A stretch of DNA of 64,000 nt from an uncultured Gammaproteobacteria bacterium (lineage in GTDB: Bacteria > Patescibacteriota > Microgenomatia > UBA8517): assembly GCA_965231135.1 (NCBI GenBank), contig OZ246419.1, positions 257,488 to 321,487 on the forward strand, read 5' to 3'. Positions 9,065-18,619 of the stretch are shown piece after piece. The notes under the pieces were generated by a model that saw nothing but the letters and a program-made list of their open reading frames with translations, was not told the origin of the DNA and searched no databases. The translations under genes were made by a program, and so were the position numbers. The stretch's first letter is position 1. The number at the start of each line of letters is the position of its first letter.

Positions 9065-10437
9065 CGCGCTTTCTTGTCAATAAAATACACATGAAGTACA
9101 ATACACTCATGCAGAGAACTTTGGTGAACGAGACCCTGAAAAAAGTAGGAGAGAAAGTGGAGCTTCAAGGATGGGTAAATATTGTTCGTGACCATGGGAA
9201 AATTACTTTTGTTGATCTTCGCGACCGCACCGGACTAATTCAATGTGTGGGGACAAATTTACCAAAACTTTCCAGTGAAGATGTTGTAGAGATTTTTGGA
9301 AAAGTAGTTGAACGACCTGAGAAACTTATCAATAAGGATTTGGAAACTGGAAAAGTGGAACTACAGATTGAAGAAGTAAAAATATTATCTAAAGCTCATG
9401 AACTTCCAATTGATATGGGTAAGGATGAACTTGATGTGGAGCTTCCTACATTACTTGATTTAAGAAGTTTGACTCTTCGCCACAAAAGAGTTCAGGCGAT
9501 TTTTAAAGTGCAGGCAAAAATTGCAGAAGGCTTTAGGCAAAGCTCTTCGGAACTTGGTTGTACTGAGATTTTTGTGCCAACGATTTCAGCTTCCGCAACT
9601 GAAGGCGGAGCTGAAGTTTTTAGAGTTAAATATTTTGATTATAATGCATATATGACTCAAAGCCCTCAACTTTATAAACAGATGCTTGTCCCTGTTTTTG
9701 AGAGAGTTTTTACAATTGCTAAAGCTTACAGGGCTGAACCTTCAATAACAACAAGACATGTAACTGAGGCAACACAAATGGACTGCGAAATGGCATTTGT
9801 GACTTTTGAGGAACTCATGGATGCGCTTGAATTTGTAGGAAGTTCGGCTTTGAAATATGCAGAAAAAGAATGTGCAAAAGAAATGAAAATTTTTAAAGTT
9901 CCGGCTCTTAAGATTCCCAAAAAGATACCAAGATTAAAAATGCGAGAGGCGCAGGAAATTATTTTTAAGAGAACTGGAGTAGATCATAGAAAAGAGCGAG
10001 ATTTGGAGCCAGAAGATGAAAGAGAAATTTGCAGATGGGCACTTGAAGAACATGATTCTGATTTGGTGACAATAACCCATTATCCAACAAAGAAAAGATC
10101 TTTTTATACAATGCCCGATCCAAAAGATCCGGAATTTTCACTTTCTTATGATTTGCTTTTTAGGGGTGTTGAGATATTAAGCGGAAGCCAGCGTATTAAT
10201 GATTATCAACAACTCTCAGATGAAATTAAAAATCGAGGAATGAATCCAGCAGATTTTGAGATGTATTTGATGGCATTTAAATATGGAATGCCGCCTGAAG
10301 GAGGATTTTCATTTGGACTTGAGAGGCTTACAATGAAACTTTTGGAACTTGCAAATGTACGCGAAGCTTCGCTTTTCCCAAGAGATATGGAAAGAGTTGA
10401 TATGCGCTTGTCTCTTTTGCAACCCAAAGAAAAATAA
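9061..10437 (+). CDS. aspS: Aspartyl-tRNA synthetase, archaeal/type-2 form (probably non-discriminating)
   Basis: Class IIb motifs: QSPQLYKQ, FRGVEILSGSQR, GMPPEGGFSFGLERL, and an N-terminal OB anticodon-binding domain (GWVNIVRDHGKITFVDLRD). Start is either TTG 9061 (coupled to the upstream ORF) or ATG 9109. Confidence 0.75.
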   Translation: MTRFLVNKIHMKYNTLMQRTLVNETLKKVGEKVELQGWVNIVRDHGKITFVDLRDRTGLIQCVGTNLPKLSSEDVVEIFGKVVERPEKLINKDLETGKVELQIEEVKILSKAHELPIDMGKDELDVELPTLLDLRSLTLRHKRVQAIFKVQAKIAEGFRQSSSELGCTEIFVPTISASATEGGAEVFRVKYFDYNAYMTQSPQLYKQMLVPVFERVFTIAKAYRAEPSITTRHVTEATQMDCEMAFVTFEELMDALEFVGSSALKYAEKECAKEMKIFKVPALKIPKKIPRLKMREAQEIIFKRTGVDHRKERDLEPEDEREICRWALEEHDSDLVTITHYPTKKRSFYTMPDPKDPEFSLSYDLLFRGVEILSGSQRINDYQQLSDEIKNRGMNPADFEMYLMAFKYGMPPEGGFSFGLERLTMKLLELANVREASLFPRDMERVDMRLSLLQPKEK

Positions 10438-10440
10438 TTT

Positions 10441-11391
10441 ATGAAACTCCTGACAACGACTGCTTTTAAGGTGTTTTATGTTTTAGTTGTTGTCTCCTTT
10501 TTTATTGCCTCTTTTTTTCTGGGAGCGAAAGTTTCTGCAGAGGAAACAAATGTGAAACTTTATAATATAGGGGAAGCAAATTCGCTTCCAGTGTTGGCTC
10601 AAAGCGCTAACTTTCCGACCTTTTCTGCTGAAGGAATAATTGCGGTAGATGCTTCGTCAAACGTTACCCTTTTTGAAAAAAATGCTGATGAACCGCTTTA
10701 TCCTGCTTCAACTACAAAAATAATTACTGCACTTGTAGGGCTTGATTACTACAAAATGGACGATGTTTTGACTGTGCAAGCTGCTGATCCAACAGTTGAT
10801 GGGCAAAAAATGGGACTTATGGCTGGAGAACAAATGACTTTTCAAAATATGTTAAACGGACTTTTGATTTATAGTGCAAATGATGCAGCTGTCACAATTT
10901 CCGACAATTACCCTGGAGGACGGGATGCGTTTGTAAATGCGATGAATGCTAAAGCTAATGCACTTCATTTGACTAATTCTCATTTTGCAAACCCTGTGGG
11001 GCTTGATGATCCATCACAAGTTACAACTGCCCGGGATATGGTTAGAGTTTCTCAAATTGCAATGACAAATCCAATATTTTCCCAAATTGTTGGAACTAAA
11101 GAAAAAATAGTGACTGATATGAGCGGCAAATTTTCATATGATGTAAAAAATGTAAATGAACTTCTTGGGACAGTTCCCGGAGTTATTGGAATAAAAACCG
11201 GATGGACCGAAGGTGCGCGCGAAAATTTAATTAGCGAAGTGCAAAGAAACGGGCATGGAGTTTATATTGCACTTCTTGGAAGCGAAGACCGTTTTGGGGA
11301 AACAACAGAACTTATTAATTGGATTTATGGAAATTATTCCTGGCAGAATGTAGGGTATGTGCAAAAAGCTATTGGGATGGTATTAAAATGA
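10441..11391 (+). CDS. Serine-type D-Ala-D-Ala carboxypeptidase (PBP5/DacA family)
   Basis: Signal peptide. SxxK (ASTTK), SxN (YSAND) and KTG (KTGWT) motifs. Confidence 0.85.
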   Translation: MKLLTTTAFKVFYVLVVVSFFIASFFLGAKVSAEETNVKLYNIGEANSLPVLAQSANFPTFSAEGIIAVDASSNVTLFEKNADEPLYPASTTKIITALVGLDYYKMDDVLTVQAADPTVDGQKMGLMAGEQMTFQNMLNGLLIYSANDAAVTISDNYPGGRDAFVNAMNAKANALHLTNSHFANPVGLDDPSQVTTARDMVRVSQIAMTNPIFSQIVGTKEKIVTDMSGKFSYDVKNVNELLGTVPGVIGIKTGWTEGARENLISEVQRNGHGVYIALLGSEDRFGETTELINWIYGNYSWQNVGYVQKAIGMVLK

Positions 11392-11774
11392 CAAAAGATA
11401 GAAAAGTAGATTTAAATAATAATATTTATACTCCATTTATAGTTTGTGAAAATGAGTGTTATTATATTTTTAGAGATGATAATAACTCTAAAATTTATGA
11501 TAGTTCGGGATTATATGTAACTAGCTTAAGTAGAAGAGAAAGTTTGTTTTTGGACGTTCTAATGTCAGAATTAGATGTAAAAGTTAACAATCAGGATATT
11601 TGTTGGAGCTTGTGGAGTGATGACACGAATGAGATTAAGGTACGTAGTACAGTTAATTGCGTGCGCAGGAAATTAGATATTATTAATGATGGTTTATCTA
11701 ATAAGATTGTTGCAAGGAATAATGGCTATGCATGGTCTAGTGAAGCAGCTATTGTCCGTAGTATGTTGAGGTAA
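11387..11774 (+). CDS. Stand-alone OmpR/PhoB-type winged-helix DNA-binding domain protein
   Basis: LSRRESLFLDVLMSE...ICWSLWSDD...VRSTVNCVRRKL fits the OmpR C-terminal wHTH pattern. ATG overlaps the upstream TGA (ATGA). Confidence 0.5.
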
Positions 11775-12810
11775 CTGCTGGGACATAAGCTACAAAACCG
11801 TTATCTCCTTCGAAAACTGCAACTGGCTGATAAAATTGTGTTGGACTTTGCGGATCAAAGTAGGCTAAATAAATTCTTCTGATTGTAATTTTGCCGTTTT
11901 GATTTTGACCAAGATTGGCTACGAAACCCTGACCGCTTTGTAAATTTTTTAAAGCTTGATCAGAAGTTATTAACGGATAGGTACTGAACTGTGTTGTATC
12001 AACTGGATAATAATAATATTGAGCTCCGATTATTTGTTTACCTTGATCAGTATCGCCGCTTATTATAAACCAGACATTTGCAGTTCCTGGTTGCTGTGTT
12101 ACTGCAGGAAGGTCGTCGTAATCTTTTCTGAATAAATTTATTTTTGTTAAATTTGCATCCGACAGCGAAAGGGCGCTTACCAATTGTTTATTTTGGACTT
12201 TTAAATATTCCTGTGTAACCGGGCCTGAAAGATCATCTGGAAGACCAATAGATGAATTTAGGAAATTTTTTGCAGTTCCAGCTGCGTCTCCTGCTGCAGG
12301 CGGGCGGGCGGAAAGAGGAGAAGAATCAGAATTTAAGTTGTAGCCTATAGAAAAAGTTTGGTTGACGATATTTATTTGTATGGAACTTGGATTTGAAGGA
12401 TTTGTAAACTGGTAAATTGTTGGGGTTATTTCATTCTGGTTACTTGAGAAGCCCATATTTGAAGCAAGAGATTTTGTATTATCAAGATCTAATAAATCAG
12501 GACGCTCACTTGGCATGTAATAAACTTTTGCCTGACTGAGCCAATCTTTGGTTGCGACTGATGGCATTTGTCCGTCTGGAGTTTGAATCGTATAGGTTAA
12601 TGATGGAATATCTTTATTGGTTGGAAAAGGCAAACTTGGCAATTTACCAAAGGCAATTGTGGGCGAAGGGGGAGGAGCTGGGAAAAGGTTTTGAGCGACA
12701 CCAATAAGTAATCCGAGAACAACTCGGCCAACAATAAGAAAAATAATTAAATAAATTCCGTAACGAACAATTTTTCTTGTGAGGATAGCAGTTTGGGTTA
12801 AAGATGCCAT
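11749..12810 (-). CDS. Membrane-anchored extracytoplasmic hypothetical protein
   Basis: N-terminal TM helix and a Pro-rich linker. ATG at 12808-12810 with an AAGGTG SD. Only 29 bp separates it from the divergent gltX. Confidence 0.5.
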   Translation of the reverse strand: MASLTQTAILTRKIVRYGIYLIIFLIVGRVVLGLLIGVAQNLFPAPPPSPTIAFGKLPSLPFPTNKDIPSLTYTIQTPDGQMPSVATKDWLSQAKVYYMPSERPDLLDLDNTKSLASNMGFSSNQNEITPTIYQFTNPSNPSSIQINIVNQTFSIGYNLNSDSSPLSARPPAAGDAAGTAKNFLNSSIGLPDDLSGPVTQEYLKVQNKQLVSALSLSDANLTKINLFRKDYDDLPAVTQQPGTANVWFIISGDTDQGKQIIGAQYYYYPVDTTQFSTYPLITSDQALKNLQSGQGFVANLGQNQNGKITIRRIYLAYFDPQSPTQFYQPVAVFEGDNGFVAYVPAVTSTYYGQ

Positions 12811-12839
12811 ATTCACCTTAATTATAATATAATTGTGCT

Positions 12840-14171
12840 ATGAAAGTCAGAACTAGATTTGCGCCAAGCCCAACTGGAAATTTACACATTGGCGGACTTA
12901 GGTCAGCTCTTTATCCGTATGCTTTAGCGAAACGTAATGGCGGAGATTTTATTTTGAGAATCGAAGATACAGATAAAAAAAGAGAGGTTCTCGGCAGCAA
13001 AGAGAAAATTGGCGAAAACTTAAAACTTTTTGGAATAAGTTGGGATGAATATTATGTACAAAGCGAAAGATTAGATATTTATAAAAAAGCTGCAGAAAAA
13101 TTAATAAAAGAAGGGCATGCATTTTATTGTGACTGTAAAGCGCGAAACGCAAAGACTGAAGGATTTACAAAAATACTTCGTGATCCATGCAGGGATAAAA
13201 ATAAGACAAGCGGAGCAATTAAATTAAAAGTTCCTGAGAATGAAACTGTGAGTTATCACGATTTGGTTTTGGACAAAAATATTTCCTGGGATACAAATGA
13301 TGTACAGGATGCAACACTTTTGAAATCAGATGGATATCCGACATATCACCTTGCTGCAATGACTGATGATTTGGAAATGAAAATAACACATGTACTTCGC
13401 GGACATGACTGGATGCCTTCGACTCCAATTCATTTATTGGTTTATAAATATTTGGGCGGACAAATGCCAGAACTTGGGCATTTGACTGATATTTTAGATC
13501 CAGAAGGAGGGAAACTTTCAAAAAGAAAAGGAAGTACGTCTGTCGAAGGATTAATTGCCGAAGGATATTTGCCTGGGGCAATACTTAATTTTATTATGCT
13601 TCTTGGATGGGCACCAAAAGATAATAAAGAATTATTTACACTTGAAGAATTTGTTAAAGCTTTTGACGTAAAAGGATTGCAAAAATCTAATCCTGTTTTT
13701 AATCGTGAGAAACTTGATTGGTTTAACGGACAATATATTCGTCAATTTTCAGATGATGAATTGAAAATAAAACTGCAAATACAAAACTCAAAATTCGCAG
13801 AACTTTCTGAAGATAAACAATTAGCAATAACTGGTTTGCTTAAAGATAGAATTGTGAAATTAACAGATATAAATAATTTTGCAAAGTTCTTTTTTGAGAC
13901 TCCTGAAATTGATAAAAATTTATTTGGAGAGAGTTACAAAGAGCATTTGAAAATGGCAATTAATGTAATTGAAAATATTAAAGATTTTGATTTGGAAAAC
14001 CTTAATAATAAATTGATGGATGCAATAAAGACAAATAATTTTAAAACTGGAGATTTCTTTATGACACTTAGAATTGCTATTACAGGGCAGAAATTTACAC
14101 CGCCAATTAATGACTCTATAATAATTTTAGGGAGAGAAGAAACTTTAAAAAGACTTAAATCTTCCTTATAA
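12840..14171 (+). CDS. gltX: Glutamyl-tRNA synthetase
   Basis: HIGH motif (PSPTGNLHIGG). KLSKR (KMSKS-type) motif. Confidence 0.9.
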   Translation: MKVRTRFAPSPTGNLHIGGLRSALYPYALAKRNGGDFILRIEDTDKKREVLGSKEKIGENLKLFGISWDEYYVQSERLDIYKKAAEKLIKEGHAFYCDCKARNAKTEGFTKILRDPCRDKNKTSGAIKLKVPENETVSYHDLVLDKNISWDTNDVQDATLLKSDGYPTYHLAAMTDDLEMKITHVLRGHDWMPSTPIHLLVYKYLGGQMPELGHLTDILDPEGGKLSKRKGSTSVEGLIAEGYLPGAILNFIMLLGWAPKDNKELFTLEEFVKAFDVKGLQKSNPVFNREKLDWFNGQYIRQFSDDELKIKLQIQNSKFAELSEDKQLAITGLLKDRIVKLTDINNFAKFFFETPEIDKNLFGESYKEHLKMAINVIENIKDFDLENLNNKLMDAIKTNNFKTGDFFMTLRIAITGQKFTPPINDSIIILGREETLKRLKSSL

Positions 14172-14172
14172 A

Positions 14173-15069
14173 ATGTCTAAGAAACTGCCTTCACAAACAT
14201 ATCATGATCTTGATATTGAATTTGTAAGAAATAAATTAAAGCTTAAAGCCATTAATGAAAGAGCAAAACTTTTTGAACGCCATCCACAAGCTACAAAATT
14301 TTTAGGAACTGCTGCAATTGCTTCGACTTTGTTTTTAACTGCCGGAAAATTTGCCAGTTTGCCGCCTGCAGATATTCCAATAGCCCATGCAGATGGCGCT
14401 GTTTCAGAAAGCGGAAATCAAGTTTTACTTTCGACTTTAAAAGCTATACTTCCTGCTAAAGTTTCTCCTCTTACTGCAGACCAAGAAAATAAATTGGCAA
14501 CTTTGTTTAAAAGTGTAATCGGGATTTCTGCAAAGGCGAATCTTGAAGGAGAACACTTGAATACAACATATGGACTAATTGGAGCTGAACAACATTTGAG
14601 GCGTTATCCTGGAGATACAATTTCTCAGCACGCTGATGCAACTGGGCCGTATGATGAAGGAATGGCGCCAGGACTTGGAGCTTGGGGGTATTTTGCGCCA
14701 AGTAAAGATAAATTGACACCAGACTTAGTTGAAGATGAAAAATGGTATGCAGTCGTACAAACACTTTATTTGCCTGATTGGGATAAAAGAACTGTATATT
14801 TGAGGGATTGGTATAAATACCGAAAAGTTTTAATTGTTAATACGTTAAATGGAAATGCAGTGGTAGCGGACATTGCAGATAGCGGGCCCGCAAGCTGGAC
14901 CGGGAAAAGTTTTGGAGGAAGCCCTGCTGTGATGAATTCACTAGGCGGTGCAAAATATAAAGTGGGGCCTGTAGTTTTGTTTTTTGTTGATGATCCAGAT
15001 AACACTATTCCTCTTGGTCCAGTAGATTACAATAATGTTATAAATAATTATGCAATTAAATCTATCTAA
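14173..15069 (+). CDS. Exported protein with an RlpA-like double-psi beta-barrel (DPBB) domain
   Basis: TM anchor. C-terminal VLIVNTLNGNAVVADIADSGPA...AVMNSLG resembles RlpA VTNLANGRSVVVRINDRGP. Confidence 0.5.
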   Translation: MSKKLPSQTYHDLDIEFVRNKLKLKAINERAKLFERHPQATKFLGTAAIASTLFLTAGKFASLPPADIPIAHADGAVSESGNQVLLSTLKAILPAKVSPLTADQENKLATLFKSVIGISAKANLEGEHLNTTYGLIGAEQHLRRYPGDTISQHADATGPYDEGMAPGLGAWGYFAPSKDKLTPDLVEDEKWYAVVQTLYLPDWDKRTVYLRDWYKYRKVLIVNTLNGNAVVADIADSGPASWTGKSFGGSPAVMNSLGGAKYKVGPVVLFFVDDPDNTIPLGPVDYNNVINNYAIKSI

Positions 15070-15349
15070 AATTGAAAATCTGATTAAAAATTCAGCTCTT
15101 TCTCAAGAAGAAAAAGAAGAGCTTTGGAAAATTGTTGATGAGATAATTCATCACAGAATAATGGGATGTGTGCTTGATAATTTACCAAACGAACATCATG
15201 AAGAATTTTTGACAAAGTTTGAAAAGAAATATTTTGAGAGCGAAGCTATAAGCTATTTGGAAGAAAAATGCGGACTAGAAATTACAGACAAAATGAAATC
15301 AACTCTAAGCGAAGTTGAAGAAGAAATATTAAGTGAAATTAAAAGTTAA
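15050..15349 (+). CDS. Hypothetical acidic protein (99 aa)
   Basis: Open frame. Overlaps the preceding gene by 20 nt. Followed by a terminator palindrome. Confidence 0.4.
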   Translation: MQLNLSKIENLIKNSALSQEEKEELWKIVDEIIHHRIMGCVLDNLPNEHHEEFLTKFEKKYFESEAISYLEEKCGLEITDKMKSTLSEVEEEILSEIKS

Positions 15350-15380
15350 ACTCGGCGCCGAGTTAATAAACTTTATTTTT
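15349..15380. terminator. Bidirectional intrinsic terminator. Perfect 16-nt palindrome AACTCGGCGCCGAGTT followed by a T-rich run.
   Basis: Lies between the convergent stops at 15349 (+) and 15373 (-). Confidence 0.55.
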
Positions 15381-15612
15381 TCATCATGAACATTCCCCAA
15401 AGAGAATATACACCTGAAAGTCCTACAAGAATGTAAATGATTTGTACAAGTGCTGGCCAAGCGCCAAAAAGCATTTGAACAAGATCTACATTTGCAAGGC
15501 CGACTAATCCCCAATTTAAGGCTCCTACTGTAACTAATACCCAGGAGACCATCATTAAGGTGTCCATTTTCATACCCATTTTTACTGAACTACTTGAATT
15601 TCTTTTTGCCAT
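15373..15612 (-). CDS. DUF378 family small membrane protein
   Basis: VGALNWGLVGLANVDLVQMLFG...IYILVGLSGVY matches the DUF378 pattern. GGGGGTGA SD. Confidence 0.7.
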   Translation of the reverse strand: MAKRNSSSSVKMGMKMDTLMMVSWVLVTVGALNWGLVGLANVDLVQMLFGAWPALVQIIYILVGLSGVYSLWGMFMMKK

Positions 15613-15697
15613 CTAAATCACCCCCGACTATGCTTGGGGCTATAACCCCTTACATTTTAAGTATTTGCTTAAAGATAACTTAAAGTCAAGAGGGTTT

Positions 15698-15706
15698 TGA
15701 TATAAT
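15698..15706 (+). promoter_or_regulatory. Extended -10 promoter (TGaTATAAT) driving the tRNA-Gln locus
   Basis: The TGnTATAAT motif sits about 8 nt upstream of the first tRNA-like element. Confidence 0.5.
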
Positions 15707-15714
15707 ACAGATAT

Positions 15715-15767
15715 TGCGGAATCGTCTAATGGTAAGCAAAGCTTGCACATTATCCGATTCCGAATAA
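15715..15767 (+). other. tRNA-derived fragment. The first 20 nt are identical to the 5' end of the downstream tRNA-Gln, followed by divergent sequence with an acceptor-like tail.
   Basis: TGCGGAATCGTCTAATGGTA is duplicated exactly. It has no anticodon or T arm and is 53 nt long. Confidence 0.5.
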
Positions 15768-15838
15768 TGCGGAATCGTCTAATGGTAGGACACATCCCTC
15801 TGGAGGATGGTATCTTGGTTCAAATCCAGGTTCCGCAG
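15768..15838 (+). tRNA. tRNA-Gln (anticodon CUG), no encoded CCA
   Basis: Manual cloverleaf. Acceptor TGCGGAA/TTCCGCA, U8, D-arm GTCT/GGAC, anticodon stem CATCC/GGATG with loop CTCTGGA, T-arm CTTGG-TTCAAAT-CCAGG, discriminator G. Confidence 0.85.
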
Positions 15839-15856
15839 CAGATGTTATACTGAAGT

Positions 15857-17354
15857 GTGGAAAAAATATTTGCTGTATTTTTTTTGTTTCTATTTTTAAT
15901 TTTAAGTAAAAATTTTTCTGTATTTGCACAAACTGTAAATGACACTGTAAATGTTGATTTCTCTCAGCAAATTGCGACTGGATATTCTTCTATTTTTGGC
16001 GTGACGCAAACTCCTGACGATGCAAACAGTATGAGCATTTTACAAAATGACGGAGTGACATTTGTACGGCAAGATCTTTCCCTTGATACTTTTGTAACAA
16101 GCGCTGATCCAAACACTTGGGATAAAGGAAGCGAGAATTATATTGCTAATAAATTTTTGCAGGCAAAAGCACACAACATGAAAACTATGATGATTATTGA
16201 TTACACGCCAATATGGCTTTCTTTTAACGGGCAAACAAATGGAGTGCCAAATAACTGGACAACCTGGGAAAGTATTGTAAAAAATACACTTACTTATTTT
16301 AAATCTCAAAATGCACTTCCTGACTATTATGAAATTTGGAATGAACCAGGAGACGCTTACCAAGATCAATTTTTTGATGTGACAAATAGCGGAATGACTA
16401 AAAATCAGGCATATGATTTGCTTTATTTACATTCATGGAATGCGATAAAAGCAGTTGATACAAACGGAAAAATAGGAGGACCTGCTGATTATCAGCCTGA
16501 TTCTGCTGTGACAAATATCACATATATGTAAGTGATTCCCAAATCAATCAGAAAATAGATTTTCTTTCATATCATTTTTATGACCAGGTACATGAATATA
16601 TTATTGAAAGTTCACAATTTTTTGGACTTCCAACTGGAACATCTTCAATTGTCCCAATTAAAAACTTATTAACACAGATGGCAAGAACAGACATTCCAAT
16701 AGTGCTTTCTGAATATAACTATACATGTTGCGGCAGAAGCGGAAGCGTTGGAACGAAAGAATCAATTACTTGGGATGCTAAAAATTTTATTGATTTAGAA
16801 AGTCAGGGAGCGATTGCGGGAGGATATTTTACTGGAATTGATTTGGTTGGCGAGCCTGAAGCGCATATTTTTAAACTTTTTAGTAAAGATTTGGGGCTTG
16901 GAAATGGAAACAGTAAGGTATATAAAACAACCTTGACAAATTTTCCAAATTTAAATGCTACTGCGGCCATCAATAATAGTGGTCAGAGAGTGCTTATGTT
17001 TTCAAATAGTACAGCGAATAATGAAAACTTAAATATAAGTTTGAATAACACAGGATTTTCCGGAAGTTATACTGCAAATATTTATCTTGCTAATTTAAAT
17101 AATGATCCTGCAAGCGTTAATTCTACACAAAATATAAATTTTAGTAATGGAAATTCTAATTTTAATTAAATATTCCACCTTGGAGTGCAGAAGGAGTTGT
17201 TTTTGCAAAAAATTATGATGGAACTGATTATGTAATTTGGCTTAGTCATTTCGGACAACACACAACACTTGGAAGAAACACTGGTGATTTTAACGGAGAC
17301 GGAATTGTAGATAATGAAGACTATACTATTTGGTTAAATAATCGAACTAATTAA
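15857..17354 (+). pseudogene. Clan GH-A glycoside hydrolase (GH39/GH5-like) with C-terminal dockerin-like repeats, interrupted by two -1 frameshifts (near 16525-16531 and near 17160-17170)
   Basis: Signal peptide. EIWNEP acid/base motif in ORF 15857..16531. DFLSYHFY and the LSEYN nucleophile region continue in the -1 frame (16531..17169). GDFNGDGIVDNEDYTIWL dockerin repeat lies in a further -1 frame (17166..17354). Confidence 0.55.
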
Positions 17355-17880
17355 AACGAGTTGCTAAAGGAATAAAATTATTTGTTGTGATATCAAACCA
17401 GTAAGAAACATCTTTGGTTCCTGTATTTGCATTTACAATTAAATAAATTGCTGATGCCCAACCGGTTACGTCTTGTAAAGTATAAGTCGGAAATTTCTCA
17501 GAGAATTTTTGAGTAATATTTAAATCTTGCGGTTCTAAATAAAAATTAATTATGCTTCCTGTATCTTCTCTAATAAAAACATGTTTATCGTCGATTGACC
17601 AGGTGTTAAAAGGAATTGAAAATTTTCCGGAACTTACTTTTGTGAAATTTAATTTGTCACTTGAAAAGATGTATATATTTTTATTTTGAGTCATTGTTAG
17701 TGTTGCGTTTCCGTCTGGAGAAATCATGGAAGTTGTTATGATAATTGGCGCTGGACTACTTGGAAGAGAAACATCTGCTAATACTTTGCTGCTTTGGAAA
17801 TCTTTAATATACAAAGCGATTGCTCCAATTGAAGTAATCATAATTGTTAGAATTAAAATTTTAGATATTTGCTTGCCCAT
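17347..17880 (-). CDS. Membrane-anchored hypothetical protein
   Basis: N-terminal TM helix. Overlaps the upstream L,D-transpeptidase by 20 nt. Confidence 0.45.
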   Translation of the reverse strand: MGKQISKILILTIMITSIGAIALYIKDFQSSKVLADVSLPSSPAPIIITTSMISPDGNATLTMTQNKNIYIFSSDKLNFTKVSSGKFSIPFNTWSIDDKHVFIREDTGSIINFYLEPQDLNITQKFSEKFPTYTLQDVTGWASAIYLIVNANTGTKDVSYWFDITTNNFIPLATRFN

Positions 17881-18526
17881 AAATAGTCACTAACGTTTTT
17901 GAAACTGACGGATCTTCCACCCAATTGTATAATTTTTCTGCATCAACGGTTCGCATGTTTATACAACCATGGCTCATTGGATGACCGAAATTGTCATGCC
18001 AGTAAGCTCCATGCAGCGCAAACCCATCGCCTTCTGGGACGTCACCGCCTGCAAAAAACATAGTGAAAGGAACATTTGGTAAATCATAATAATCTGCCCC
18101 TTCTCCGCCCGTCATTCGAGTCGCGCGAACTTTTTCCCAAATTGTAAAATCTCCTGTTGGAGTCGGATGCCATTTCCCTGAAGAAATAACTGCTTGCATG
18201 AAAAGATTATTTCCTTGATAGGCATATAAAGTTTGAGTTGTTAAATCGACATAAATATGTTTTTCGCCGACGCCTGTTTCATCACCTAAGACTTTTTTAT
18301 CAGTACTTAAATCAATTTTTGGAGGAATAATTTTTTGTCCATCGAAAGTACCAATAGCATTGTTTTCTACATTGACGTTTAAATTTTTAATGCAGCTTAC
18401 TGAATTAGCACAAAAAGAATTTGCTGGAGCTGGTTTTGAGAGGTAAAAAATTGCGAGTAAAGGGATTAAAAGGAGAAAAAGGTATTTGGCAGGGAGTTTC
18501 ATAATTAATGATACAATTAAATCCAT
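17861..18526 (-). CDS. L,D-transpeptidase (YkuD domain)
   Basis: HGCINMR catalytic motif. Signal peptide. Confidence 0.8.
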   Translation of the reverse strand: MDLIVSLIMKLPAKYLFLLLIPLLAIFYLSKPAPANSFCANSVSCIKNLNVNVENNAIGTFDGQKIIPPKIDLSTDKKVLGDETGVGEKHIYVDLTTQTLYAYQGNNLFMQAVISSGKWHPTPTGDFTIWEKVRATRMTGGEGADYYDLPNVPFTMFFAGGDVPEGDGFALHGAYWHDNFGHPMSHGCINMRTVDAEKLYNWVEDPSVSKTLVTIYGQANI

Positions 18527-18619
18527 TTTATGAAAAGAGGGTTTAGGGTTAATTTTGTATAGAAATGGAGAGAGAAGCGGAAAAATTAGCTGCGTTTTTA
18601 AATAGAGTAAGATTGTAAT

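Noticed and set aside
9007-9195. Minus-strand ORF overlapping the aspS start
   Set aside because: Antisense to a strongly supported synthetase N-terminus. No RBS.
15715-15767. A second complete tRNA upstream of tRNA-Gln
   Set aside because: Only the first 20 nt match a tRNA. No anticodon or T arm can be drawn. 53 nt is too short.
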